Origin: Octopus vulgaris
Lineage: Eukaryota
Length of the DNA: 64,000 bases
Assembly (NCBI GenBank): GCA_951406725.2
Contig: OX597836.1
Location: 7,874,001-7,938,000 of the forward strand
Direction: 5' to 3'
Of this stretch, positions 29,373-41,705 are shown piece by piece. Under the pieces are notes generated by a model. The model was not told where the DNA came from and ran no database searches. It was given only the letters and a program-made list of their open reading frames with translations. The position numbers and the translations under genes are program-made. How positions within the stretch are numbered: the first letter of the stretch is position 1; each line of letters starts with the position of its first letter.

Positions 29373-29569
29373 TTAACCTTCCAGCTTACTTTGTTAAATG
29401 TAATGCTTATTTATTCACATCGTTTTGAATTAATCTTGCATTCAAGATTTTAAGAATGTGATGGTTTATTTTTTTGGTAGCTGTGAAAGGCTGGATCTGG
29501 CCACTTTGAACATAAGATAGGTAGAATATTCGAACTAGATGTGGACAGTTTAAATTCTAAAAGGGTTAA
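29373..29569. mobile_element. TTAA-flanked piggyBac-like MITE
   Basis: TTAACCTT...AAGGGTTAA termini; internal sequence recurs at about 2231-2445 (opposite strand) and 16301-16490. Confidence 0.55.
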
Positions 29570-29674
29570 AGATTTCTTGTGTTTAAATCTCAGAATAAAA
29601 TTAAATTTAAAAGGTTAAATTCAAACAAAGAATGCGACCTATGAAAAGTCAAAATGTTTTTTAAAATATTTTGA

Positions 29675-29914
<240 letters not shown>

Positions 29915-30145
29915 AAACATAAATCTATATATATATATGATGCTTCAACTTTACTTTCATCCTTTAAAATGTTAAAAAAAAATGTATGAAGGATGAACCA
30001 GAAGAGCCATAAATTGATATGGTTAAAAAAAAAAGGTCTAAGTATCACATAATAAGTGTATAGTGCTCACGTGCACTACAACATGTATGTGTACTTACAC
30101 ATATTGTGTGTGTGTGTGAGTGTGTATGTATATATGTATACATAC

Positions 30146-30275
30146 ATTTATTATTCTTAAATGAGAATATTGTTGACAGTGACTTTGAAGTTTAGCCAAC
30201 TAACAACTGAGATGGTTTAGCCGACTGAAATTTCAAAGTCTCTGTCAAAAATATTCTTATATAAAAATAATAAAT
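30146..30275. repeat. inverted repeat (about 50-bp arms) in the presumed WDR13 3' UTR
   Basis: 30146-30195 pairs with 30225-30275 with about six mismatches and one gap. Confidence 0.8.
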
Positions 30276-30529
30276 TTGTACTCTACAAATGTATAGAGTA
30301 ACCCATCAGATTAATGCAAAATTGTTTTTATTGTAACTGAACAATAAAAACAAACATTAATTACACACACATTGAAAAACACATTCCCACGTGTATTCCT
30401 GTATATTTAAAAGAATATTAATATTTATAAATATTGAGAATAAGTCACTCACCTTGACAACATTAAATCATTTTATATTTAAAAGACTTCATGGTTGTTC
30501 TGTTGTAAATAATGATTGATAATAATAAA
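30269..30529 (+). terminator. candidate polyadenylation signals of WDR13
   Basis: AATAAA at 30269, 30343 and 30524 downstream of the stop. Which one is used cannot be told from sequence. Confidence 0.4.
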
Positions 30530-31229
30530 AATATATTTAAATTGTAGCAATTGTTGACCTGAGTTTTTAATTAAATTTGACTGGATTTGAAACCTCAGAC
30601 CTTTCGTTTCGAAACTAAATGTTTATCATTATCATTTCATGTGTGCTTTCTGTGCTGGCATGGGTTGGATGGTTGCACCATTTCTATGGTTGGATAAGGT
30701 TACATCAACCACCTCACAGAGTGTACTGGAGGCTTTTTTACATGCCACAGGCATTAGTGGGATTGCCATGGAACTTGCAAGGCAGAAATGAACAGAGAAA
30801 AAGGAAAATAGGTGAAGCCCCCACTATTAAGAGGAAGTACTTGAGAGGGGAAGATAAGATAGTCTTAATTTAGAAACAGAACTTCCTAGTTCAAATCTAT
30901 CTCTGGAGGTTCACATACAGAATAAGATATTTTAAACTTTGCAATTCCTGAAGGACAACCCAATAGATCTACAGACTATCACCATCATCATCACCAGTAG
31001 TCTTATGTGTCAATATGGCTTCAAAATTTTACTTTATATATGAATAATCAGAAATTTATAATTTAAAAGATAACCAGAAATATTCACATCTACACAACTT
31101 GTCAGTTGGTTTGATCAGAGCTCAAACCAACTGATATGTAGTGTAGACATAGATACTTAGAAGAAGGTTTTATCTCTAAAAATGAACTTTTCTACATGAG
31201 ATGCTGTAGCTGGTCTATGGGACCTAGAA

Positions 31230-31567
31230 GGGCAGTTGGAGTGGCTGTGTGGTAAGTAGCTTTCTTACCAACCACATGTTTCCAGGTTCAATCCCACTAC
31301 GTGGCACCTTGGGCAAGTGTCTTCTACTAAAGCCTTGTGAGTGGATTTGGTAAACTGAAACTGAAAGAAGCCCGTCGTATATATGTATGTGTGTGTTTGT
31401 GTCTGTCCCCCCAATATCACTTGACAACCGATGCTGGTGTGTTTACATCCCCATAACTTAGCGGTTTAGCAAAAGAGACCAATAGAATAAGTCCTGGGGT
31501 CGATTTGATCGACTAAAGGCGGTGCTCCAGCATGGCCACAGTCAAACGACTGAATCAAGTAAAAGAG
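31230..31567 (+). mobile_element. tRNA-derived SINE, family A
   Basis: TGGCTGTGTGG...GGTTCAATCCC head, internal TA/TG microsatellite, 3' part ending GGTGCTCCAGCATGGCCACAGTCAAACGACTGAATCAAGTAAAAGA. Confidence 0.8.
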
Positions 31568-31577
31568 AAAAAAAAGA

Positions 31578-31608
<31 letters not shown>

Positions 31609-32730
31609 AAGTATCAATCCACCCCAATGCCCCTTGAGGGTATGTCCTGACATTTCTCACACTGTTGCTCGCTTTATCTTACTCTCTAACCCACCCTCCT
31701 TTTACAACTAGAGCATCCATGTATCTACTCTACATCAGGACAACTACTGCCATCCCTCTATACCTATAATTGCTCGTCAACTGGGGCAAAACCACCACTA
31801 TGTTACTTGGTGACCCTGTCACTGATGGTGCCATGTGAAAAGCAATGGTGCTGGTGCCATGTATATAAGGCACTCAATACACTCTGCAAAGCGGTTGGCA
31901 TTAGGAAGGGCATCCAGCCATAGAAACCATGCCAAAACAGACAATTGGAGCCAGGTGTGGTCCCTTGCCTTACCAGTTCCTGTCAAACTATCTAGCTCAT
32001 GCCAGCATAGAAAACAGATATTAAATGATGGAGTGTATGTGTGTGTGTCCTTGTCTTAACATTGTGTGATGGTTGTAAGTGAGTGTCACTCATTTCCAGT
32101 ATTCTGTGAAAACATGTCTGGCCATGAGGAGCAATTAGCCTGCTTTGAAACAGGTGAGTATTGGTGACAAGAAGGGCATCCATCCATAGAAAATCTGCCT
32201 CATTGAACTACATCCACTCAGTGTAAACATGGATAAATGGACAATGAATAGTTTATTTTTAAAGACAGATGAAAGCATTCTTTCTCTAGAGAGGAATAAA
32301 ATAAATAAACGTGTGTGCAAGTTTAGTTTTGGAAAATATCTGTTGAGACTCAAAAATGTAGAAAGAATTTGTAACTTTCCTTATCAAACAACTGGTTCGG
32401 AATATCTGCTACATGATCAAGGACCTTTTTGGAGTTGAAAGGAAATGAAAAAAACCCCTACCTGAACATATGTTCACAAACAGAACTGGAAACCTATGAA
32501 CTCTCTTGAAAGATGTTTCTACGCATCTCATCACCAAACAGAAACTAAACAGAACTTCTACAAAATAATAAACCGAAATATCCTTAAGAAGATTAATGAT
32601 TAACAATGTAAGTTGGTTAGAGAACTCTGAGCACAAGATAGAACTGAACCTCACACAATACACACAGTGATTAGAAATATAATAATTACAATTAAGGTGG
32701 ACATAAACCAAACCTATTTAAACCTAGAAG

Positions 32731-33060
32731 TAACGGTCAGCTCGTCAAGGGAGACAACTGCAGTAAGATTTCGAGTTGTTATTTGAGTGTCAGACAGTAG
32801 TTCAGTATTGCGCTGTTAAAATCATCGTGTGTGTGACCAGACACACAGCGAGAGAAAAGTACAGTTAATAACAGTTGTTATTTTAATATATTGGTACCAA
32901 CACATCGTAAATTATAATGGATGATGAAGACCGAATGCATTTTTGTTTATATTGCAGAGCAGGCGGAGTAAGCGAGAATTCACTAAACGAAGAACAATTA
33001 ATCTCGCTACCGAAGTACAGTTGTCTCCCTTGACGAGCCAAGCATTATTTTGTTAACGGT
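32731..33060. promoter_or_regulatory. candidate promoter region bracketed by a perfect 21-bp inverted repeat
   Basis: GCTCGTCAAGGGAGACAACTG at 32740-32760 and its exact reverse complement at 33018-33038. Visibly more CpG than the flanking WDR13 gene body. Confidence 0.5.
32917..32967 (+). CDS. putative microprotein exon 1 (MDDEDRMHFCLYCRAGG)
   Basis: ATG in ATAATGG context (A at -3, G at +4); donor GGA|gtaagc at 32968, phase 0. Confidence 0.4.
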
Positions 33061-33536
33061 GATTCAAAAGGCCTTTTAGCAATTAAAGGCTATATAATAT
33101 TCTTTTATGGTTTGACTGCAGCCATGCTGGAGCACCGGCTTGTAGGGTTTTAGTCGAAGAAATCGACCCCAAGACTTATTCTTTGTAAGCGTCGTACTTA
33201 TTCTATCGGCCAGTTTTACTGAACCGATAAGCTACGGGGGACAAACACAGATACACATAAATATATATACACAAGCTTCTTTCAGTTTCGTCTACCAAAT
33301 CCACTCACAAGGCTTTGATTGACCCGAGGCTATAGTGGAAGACACTTGGCCAAGGTGTTACGCTGTGGGACTGAACCCGGAGCCATGTGGTTGGCAAGCA
33401 AGCTTCTTACCACACAGCTACGCCTGCGCCTTGTTAATATTTTGTTACGAATATATTTTGAGTTATATATTGTCTTATCTTTTATGCGTTCTATTTGTTT
33501 GTTTTTTGTCCTAAATATGGTACAAATCTTGTTCAG

Positions 33537-33599
33537 TTGTCTGGGCATCCCGAGTTCAACTGCCAGAGGTGCCCAGGCAGCTGGTATTATGGAAAATAG
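33537..33599 (+). CDS. putative microprotein exon 2 coding part (LSGHPEFNCQRCPGSWYYGK*)
   Basis: T-rich tract then tcttgttcag| acceptor. GC-rich non-repetitive 120-nt exon 33537-33656 ending at a consensus GAG|GTAAGT donor. Confidence 0.4.
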   Translation: MSGHPEFNCQRCPGSWYYGK

Positions 33600-33999
33600 A
33601 GCCACAGACTGATCAGCAAAGCTGGAATCCCTGGGCTAAGAGAATGCAGTGGAGAGGTAAGTGGAGGTTGTAGTGAGGAGTGTGGGAGGGACAAAGAGAT
33701 GGAGAGATGAGATGTGCTTCGGAATGTGTCACTGGCCTTGGTTACAAGCCAGTTTAGATTAGAAATGAAGGGGATTTTGAATCACTTGGTGCATTGTGGA
33801 TATGGGTCAATTTGTTTCAGTCGTTTGACTGCAGCCACGCTGGAGCACACCTTTAGTCAAACAAATAAACTCCAGGACTTATCCTTTGTAAACCTAGTAC
33901 TTATTCTATCGGTCTCTTTTGCCGAACCGCTACGTTACAGGGATGTAAACACACTAGCATCGGTTGTCAAGCGATAGTGGAGGGAGAGAACACAGTCAG

Positions 34000-34030
<31 letters not shown>

Positions 34031-35580
34031 CATATAAAAGGGATGACCTGTAAGTGGACATCCGTTATGCTAGAAGAAGATCCGCTATGGTCTTACCACT
34101 AAGAAAGAAATGTTCTCAAGAAAATTCAGCAAACGCCAGAACGTAAGCGAGCAAGACAAATGAAAAATTACAAAATATAGACTAACCACAAACCAGGTTT
34201 CATTGTTAATGTATTACGTAATCATCCGCAAACTCGACAGTGTGATCGTCTTAGAAACTATTATTTGCAGAACTATACACGAGACGTCCGCATGAGATTG
34301 AACATGTATACAGTCCTACCAATTACAATTAGAGTCAATTTTCAAAACCCTTCGTTTTTGCCACACTACCAAAAATATTTCAGCAGAAAATAATTCTCTG
34401 CAGTGAATTTTGCCAGTTAGAGAACATAGCTATTTAAATTTACCCTTATTATTTTAAATTATATATGATGGGCTTCTTTCAGTCCCCGTCTACCAAATCT
34501 ATTCACAAGGCTTTGGTCAGCCCGAGGCTATAGTAGAAGACACTTGCTCAAGGTGTCATGCAGTAGGACTGAAACTGCAACCATGTGGTTGATAAGCAAG
34601 CTACTTACCACACAGCCACTCTTGCACCTACTAATAATAGTTTCAAATCTTAGCAAAGGGCCATTCAGGGGTTAGTAGCGTAGTCAGTTACATTGACCCC
34701 AGTACTTGACAGTAATCAATACTGAAGGGATGAATAGCAAAGTCGACCTCAGAGGAATTTGAACCCTGGAAAGTAAAGAGCTGGAAGAAATTCCAAGCAT
34801 TCTGTCCAATGTGCTAATACTCCTACCACCTCACCAACTTCAAGTAACAAATAATAATAATTCTTTCTAATTTTGGCACAAGGGCAGCAATTTTGAGGGG
34901 AGGGGCAAGTTGATTACTCTCTCTCTCTCTACCAGATAACCGTGACCTCCTCTAAAGCAAGACACTGGTTTCTGCCTCTCTGTCACACTCTAACTTTTCA
35001 TCATCTGATGCAAGATCACCTCCTCCAATGTCCCCTCTCCTCTCAAAAGTTACTTGGTGACCCCGCCAGTGCTGGTACCACATGAAAAGTATCCAATCCA
35101 TGCTGTGAAGTGGCTTGCATATAGAAGGGCATCCAGCTGTAAAAACCAGGCCAAAACTAACCTTGTCTGTGCTGGTGCCACATAATAAGCAATCAGTCCA
35201 CTCTACAGGGCAGCTGGTGTTCAGGAAGGCATCCCGCCATAAAAACCATAACCATGCCAAAAGAGATACAGTAGCCTGGTGTAGCCTTGTACCTGGCTGG
35301 CTCCTGCCAAAACTGTCCAGCGCATGCTAGCATGGAAGGTGGACGTTAAATGATGAATATAAAGTATCATCAGAAATGCCACGAAGCATTTTGTCCAACA
35401 AGCAAATGGTTCTGCCAGCTTGTTGCATTCACGTATCTAATAAAAATAATAATAATTGTGGCTTACATAAAGAAGTTGGCGATTCTTGATTTAAAGGGGT
35501 TAACCAAAACAAAATGTTAAGAGAAATTTCAATATTTGATACGGTGGTCTCCCAGGTAGAATGGTAGGGAGTTCTCTTCC

Positions 35581-35945
35581 AAACAATATCTCTGAGCACC
35601 TTTTCAAACTCCACCCGTGGACATATTTACAAAGTCAGAAAACAGCACAGCTCCCATGACTTTAGGAAACATTTTTTCATGCTGAGGGTTGCTGAAGCAT
35701 GGAACAAACTGCCGGCATCAGTTGTTAGTTGTCGGAGCACTGCATCCTTCAAAACTTCCATGCTTCCTGTCGCCAACACTACACCTGATTTTCTCCCCTC
35801 CATACACACAAGCAAGCATGTATCTGACTCATACACTGTTCGCTTTCCAGACATTTGTACATTACTGCATACACTTTATACACACTTTCTGACAAGTTGT
35901 AGTGCACCTGAGCACTGTATACAATAATTTCATTATTATTATTTT
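35581..35945 (+). mobile_element. short 3' fragment of the same CR1-group LINE family as 6901-7768
   Basis: TRGHIYKVRKQHSSHDFRKHFFMLRVAEAWNKLPASVV; same GTAGTGCACCTGAGCACTGTA hairpin and ATT tail. Confidence 0.9.
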
Positions 35946-36543
35946 TATATTGCGTGTGAAGTGCATTGACTAACCAGTTGGAGGAGAAGTACTCCGGGGG
36001 TTAAAGTAATATCAGCTGTTCTTATAGAACATCCATGTTTAGGTGGTGATAAACATTACTTCTGAGTATAAATGCTGCTTACATCTCTAATCGAAATTTC
36101 CTTAATGAGCTAGTTTTCTATTTTTATTTTAATTATATTTCTAATGAGTTGGTGAGCTGGCAGAATTGTTAACACACAGGAAAAATTGCTTAGTAGCATT
36201 TTGTCCCACTTCACATTCTGAGTTCATCCCTTAGGTGGTGAGGTCAAAATAAGCACCAGTTGAACACTGGGGTCGATGTAATTGAATTACCCTCCCCCCA
36301 AATTGCCTGCATTGCACCAAACTTGAAACCAATATAAAAGTTTTGGTGGAATTCAGTAAATTAGATAATGGGATATTTAATCTCAGGTTAGCTCTTGATC
36401 CAGTAGACCTTACAGCAAAGACAATCCAACCGTGACTATCTTGCCTTAGCAGAAGTATCTAGAACTATATTTCGTGCCCTTTGAGGGAAATTTGGCTGTT
36501 ATCTCTAGCCAGTTTAACAATTACATACAAGCTTTCTTGTTAC

Positions 36544-36740
36544 TCTTTTACTTGTTTCAGTCATTTGACTGTGGCCATGCTGGAGCACCGCCTTTAATCG
36601 AGCAACTCGACCCCGGGACTTATACTTTTGTAAGCCCAGTACTTATTCTATCGGTCTCTTTTGCCGAACCACTAAGTTATGGGGATGTAAACACACCAGC
36701 ATCGGTTGTCAAGCAATGCTAGGGGGACAAACACACACAC

Positions 36741-36795
<55 letters not shown>

Positions 36796-36956
36796 TACGA
36801 CAGGCTTCTTTTAGTTTCCGTCTACCAAATCCACTCACAAGGCTTTGGTCGGCCCGAGGCTATAGTAGAAGACACTTGCCCAAGATGCCATGCAGTGGGA
36901 CTGAACCCGGAACCATGTGGTTGGTAAACAAGCTACTTACCACACAGCCACTCCTG
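36544..36956 (-). mobile_element. tRNA-derived SINE, family A (full length)
   Basis: Reverse complement of the 31230 and 41706 copies, with an expanded central (TA)n. Confidence 0.82.
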
Positions 36957-38227
36957 TTCTTTGCAGTTGATGTTAAGCCCCAAGTTAACCCTGAGTAAAC
37001 CTGTGTATGATCAAAAGTATTCCAGCCATGACCATTCCAGTTTATTTAGAATCACTTTGTCCTACACACATACACATTTATATTTATATATATATATATA
37101 TATATATAAAACATCATCATCCTTTAATGCCACTTTTCCAGGCTTGTAAGGAGTCAGGTGGAGTTTATTGATGCAGATTTTCTACAGATGAGTTGTTGTT
37201 GGCAACCCCTACCTGTTCCCAAGCAAGTGGTATTTCCCTTTGGTCAGACAAGTTTTTCACAGAAAACTGGAATGAACCATCTTGCTTGTATGACAACCAT
37301 CATGACGTCTAGACAAGGCTGTACACAAACATACATACATATGACAGGCTTCTTTCAGTTTCCGTCAACCAAATCCACTTGCAAGGCTCTGGTTGACCTG
37401 GGGCTATAGTAGAAGACAGTTGCCTAAGGTGCTGTGAACCCAGGACTACATAGTTAGAAAGAAACCTTTGTAACTACAAAACTATCATATAAATTGGCAT
37501 TTTATCAATATCATCAGCATCTTTCTGTTTACTCCCATCCAAACTTATATAATGTGGGGGTAGGCATGTTTCTTCTCTTTATCAAGAACACCTGTGCTTT
37601 ACTTAGTGGTTAAATTATTCAGTTCACAGTCATAAGGTCACGAGTTCAATTCTCAGCAAGATACTTTATTCGATGTTGTTCTACTCCACTCAGCAGGCAA
37701 AAGTGAGTTGTATTTCAAAGGGCCAGCTTTGTCACACGCTGTTTCACAATGAATCCCTCTAAGAACTATGCTAAAATTACACATGTCTGTGGAGTGCTCA
37801 GCCACTTGCACATTCATTTCATGAGCAGGCAGTTCTGTTGATCGGATCAACAGACTTCCAGTTATCATACTTTTGCCTCCCAACATCTGGCTTTACTCAA
37901 AAATACCTCTCCATCACATTCAGTTTGTGGGTTTTTCTCTCTCTTCATTTGCTCTTCAAAATACTTGGTGGTGACCTCACTAATGCCAGCGGCATGAAAA
38001 AGGTACCCAATAAACACTTTAAAGTCATCAGTGAAAGGAAGAGCATCCAGCTGTAGAAACCATGCCAAAGCTGACAATAGAGTTTGATGCAGTCTGCAGT
38101 CTGTGTCTGTTTTGGCATGGTTATGGTTTTTATGGCGAGATGCCTTCCATAACACCTATTAAACCATCAAAGTGTGGGAAATGGACATTAAATGATCATG
38201 TTATATATATATATACATACACACACA

Positions 38228-38263
38228 CAAGGGGGTGCTGAAAAGTTCCTAGCTTTAAGGGTA
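38228..38263 (+). mobile_element. possible solo mariner-type terminal inverted repeat
   Basis: AAGGGGGTGCTGAAAAGTTCCT after a TA/CA run resembles mariner TIRs; no partner TIR seen. Confidence 0.3.
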
Positions 38264-38788
38264 CCACACAAATTGATATAAAATTTTGAGGAAATATTAT
38301 CTGTTTATATTATCATGTTAACAACTAACTTAACTATATTTATGTCATTCTGTTTAACTTACCTTGGCCATAAGCTTGTTGGGTTGAAATCTCAGCTTTA
38401 GTTGTTAGAAAGGAAAATACTCACCAAATCATACAAATAAAGTCACAATTAATACATCTCAACATAATCAGTATATCTCTAGGGCAACCAAGAGTGGATA
38501 AAGATATATCTATTTCTCACTTTCTTCAAACACACACATCTTACTTCATTTTGCAAGATTTTGTGAATTCATGAGTTGAAACAAATCTTGGTAGGGTCAT
38601 TGCACCATTAAGAATAAGACAGTTTCCATTACTTAGGTGACCAAGTTAGTAGTGGGAGTGACTGCTCCAAAAGCAAAGCTGTGAATTGATGATGATGATG
38701 ACATATATGGGTTCAGTATCACTTTTTTTACAGTTAGTCAATTGGTTAAGTTTCTAACCAGTTAACCAACTGATTGTTTGTTTCTTAA

Positions 38789-38865
38789 TCAAAGTCCCTT
38801 CATTGCTATTAGCAACCTCATCAATGACAGGCCTTCTCTCTTCAATAGCAATGAAAGGACTTTGA
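38789..38865. repeat. inverted repeat with hammerhead-like core
   Basis: TCAAAGTCCCTTCATTGCTATT pairs with AATAGCAATGAAAGGACTTTGA (one mismatch); looser pairing extends to about 38755-38935. Confidence 0.7.
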
Positions 38866-41705
38866 GACAAACATACAACTGGTTGATTGTTTAACCATCA
38901 CATTAAACAAATGATCAATTAGTAAACTGGTTAGATATTATTGCTGTAATGACCCTCCCAAGACAAAACAATGTGTGTGTGTGTGTATAAGACACACATC
39001 GATATATCATTGGCATCTTAATGTCCACTTTTCCATGTTTACATGGGTCAGATTTTCTAGTCAGTGCCCTTCTTGCTACTAACTCTCACTTGTTTCTAAG
39101 CAAAGTAATATTTCCTCAAGGCTGGTATGTTTCCACAGAAGTTTGCAATTGGGAGACAACACTTGTATACGCATGCACACACACATAACAGGCTTCTTTC
39201 AGTTTCCATCTACAAAGTCTAGTTGCAAGGATTTGGTTGATCCAAGGTCATAATAGAAAACACTTTGGTTTGAACCTGAAACAATGTGGTTGGAAAGCGA
39301 ACTTCTTAACCACACAAGCACACCAACAATATTTCATATTGTCCCTACCAACTTATTTTTCACTGGTTGCCCCTTTCACCTCGCCTTTTCCTCTCAACAC
39401 TTTGCCAACAGCAGCATCCACCAACTCTATGTACCTCTGATCTCATCCTTGGCATTATGCTGCCACTTATCCCCTCTCTGATCCACTCCTATTTCCTCCC
39501 CCACCAAAGTGAAATTCACAATTGACCATGCTCTTCCCCCCATGTTCACCATTCACCTCTGTCCATCTGCTTCTCTCCTTTTGCACCTGTTCAATCATAC
39601 CTACTCCTTAACCTCGTTCAATCCTCTGTATCATTTCTTGTCACTTGAGGCTAAGCCCTGACAAGTCTTCACTACCATCTTCAGCAAGACATCTGTTCAG
39701 TGATACTCCAACCTCTCATCGCTTCGCATTAAGACACCCCCCACCCAATGCAGTTGCAGGTCATGTTTTATGAGTTACTTGCTAACCTTACTTAGTGCTG
39801 TTGTCACATAGAAGACACCCAGGGCACTCTGTAAAATGGTTGGCATTAGTTAAGGGCATCCAGCTGTAGAAAACATGTCAAAGCAGCCATTAGGGCCTGA
39901 TGCAGTCCTCTGGTTTGCTGTCTCCAGTTGAACTGCCCAACTCATGACAGCATAGAAAATGTATGTTAAATGAGGATTTCTGAACTTTTGTCCACTAAAT
40001 TCCAACCTACATGGTTTTGGGTTCAGTCATGTTTTAACACCTTCGCTAAGTGTGTTCAGTTATAGTCCCTGAACAACTACATGGGTTCCAAAGATAATAT
40101 ATTGACCACATGGCTATGCAAGTGCATGTAAAAAGCACCCATTACATTCTCGGAGTGGTTGGCATTAGGAAGGGTGTCCAGCTGTAGAAACCATGCTACA
40201 TCAAACTGGAACCTGGTGCAGCTCTCTGGCTTACCGGTTCCACTCAAATTGTCTAACCCATGTGAACATGGAAAGCAGATGTTAAATGATGTTAACATAT
40301 TACTCTTCCGATTTTGTTTGGGAGTCATTAAAAAATGTTAAAAAACGGTAATAAAAAGGTGTTAGGGTTAAAAATTAAAAGAAGTTCAACAGGATAAATC
40401 AGAAATAAATGTTATATAAGAAAGAATTTCCAACAAATTTCTCAGAGTACCTTTAAACAGGTAATAACGAGTAAAAATAAACTCCACTAACCTTGGGTAG
40501 AGGGAAAATACCCTGAACATTTGGTTTCTAAAGAATATAAAATATAATTGATGTAAATATCTATTTCCAAAGAATGGATTCTTAGAGTAAAGCTGTAGAA
40601 GAATCTGGTTTGGCATAATTACATTAGCTAGATTGCAAGGAACAGATGAAAATTGTTGAGGTGGATTTTCTAGTTGGATGCCCTTTCTGTTGCCAACTCT
40701 AACCTGTTTCTGAGCAGGTTAATATTTTCCCATAGCCAAACAGGTTTTTTTTTTTAAACAGAAGACTGGAAACGACCTTGATGCCTGAACAAGGGTATAC
40801 ATGATGGCCTTTCAGTTTCTGTCGACCAAATCCACTGCCAAGACTTTGGTTGGCCCTAGGCTATACTAGAAGACACTTGCCCAAGGTACCAAGCAGTAGG
40901 GCTGAACCCAAGATCACATGATTAGGAAGTAAGCTTCTAAATCGTATGGCCATGCCTATGCCTACATTCAGTTGTAATAAATATAAAATTTGGTTGAGGT
41001 GAATAACAGTTTGCAAAGAAAGGTAAGAGTAAAGCTGTGGAAGATTCTAGTTGACTGACACGGCAGGGGTAAATGACTATGTAAGCCAGCTATATATCAT
41101 AAATTGGGTGGGGTGAGGGGTGGGTGTTTAACGTGGACACCAGATATTTCATTAAAAAAAAAATGAATAATAACCATGAAACAAAATTGAACATATTTAT
41201 AGGCCTGGCCCACCCAAATTTATACACTGGTCCTGGTTGATTAGACCATTCCCTTATTTGATCTGGTATTTTACTGGTCTCTATTTACTGAATAACTAAG
41301 TTTACTTCTTGGGTGCAAAGACCCGTAACTCAACAAGGTTTGACATGCTTCTCAACCCAGTTGTTTTGGGTTTAATCCCAATGTGTTGCACTGTGGCCAA
41401 ATGTCCTCTGCTATGACCCCAGGCCAACCAATGTCTTGTGAGCTTTATAGAAAGAAACTGTAGGATGCCTGTCATATATACATACACATCTACATGTTTA
41501 TAAAGATATGTGGGTCTTATTTTCTCTTACATTTGCTCTGTACATCATAACAAGTACTACTATTTAGTAAAATAGTCACTTAAAACCTGGAATATGATGA
41601 TCTACATGCAGTTCTAAACACAACAGTAGCAGTTGCACATCTATTTGCACAAACAATATATTCCCTCCCTCCCCTCTCTATAATATATATATATATATAT
41701 ATATA

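Noticed and set aside
32921-32990. ATGATGA C-box suggesting a C/D snoRNA
   Set aside because: No D box (CTGA) or terminal stem at a suitable distance.
33537-33656. Third frame VWASRVQLPEV...SWNPWAKRMQWR as a neuropeptide precursor
   Set aside because: Open across the exon, but the candidate upstream exon gives no ATG or signal peptide in that phase and there is no amidation glycine.
38341-38690. Several strong minus-strand donor motifs and an acceptor
   Set aside because: All three frames stop soon after the acceptor and no partner exons were identified.
41106-41124. Canonical G-quadruplex motif GGGTGGGGTGAGGGGTGGG
   Set aside because: Isolated, with no functional context; such motifs are common in large genomes.
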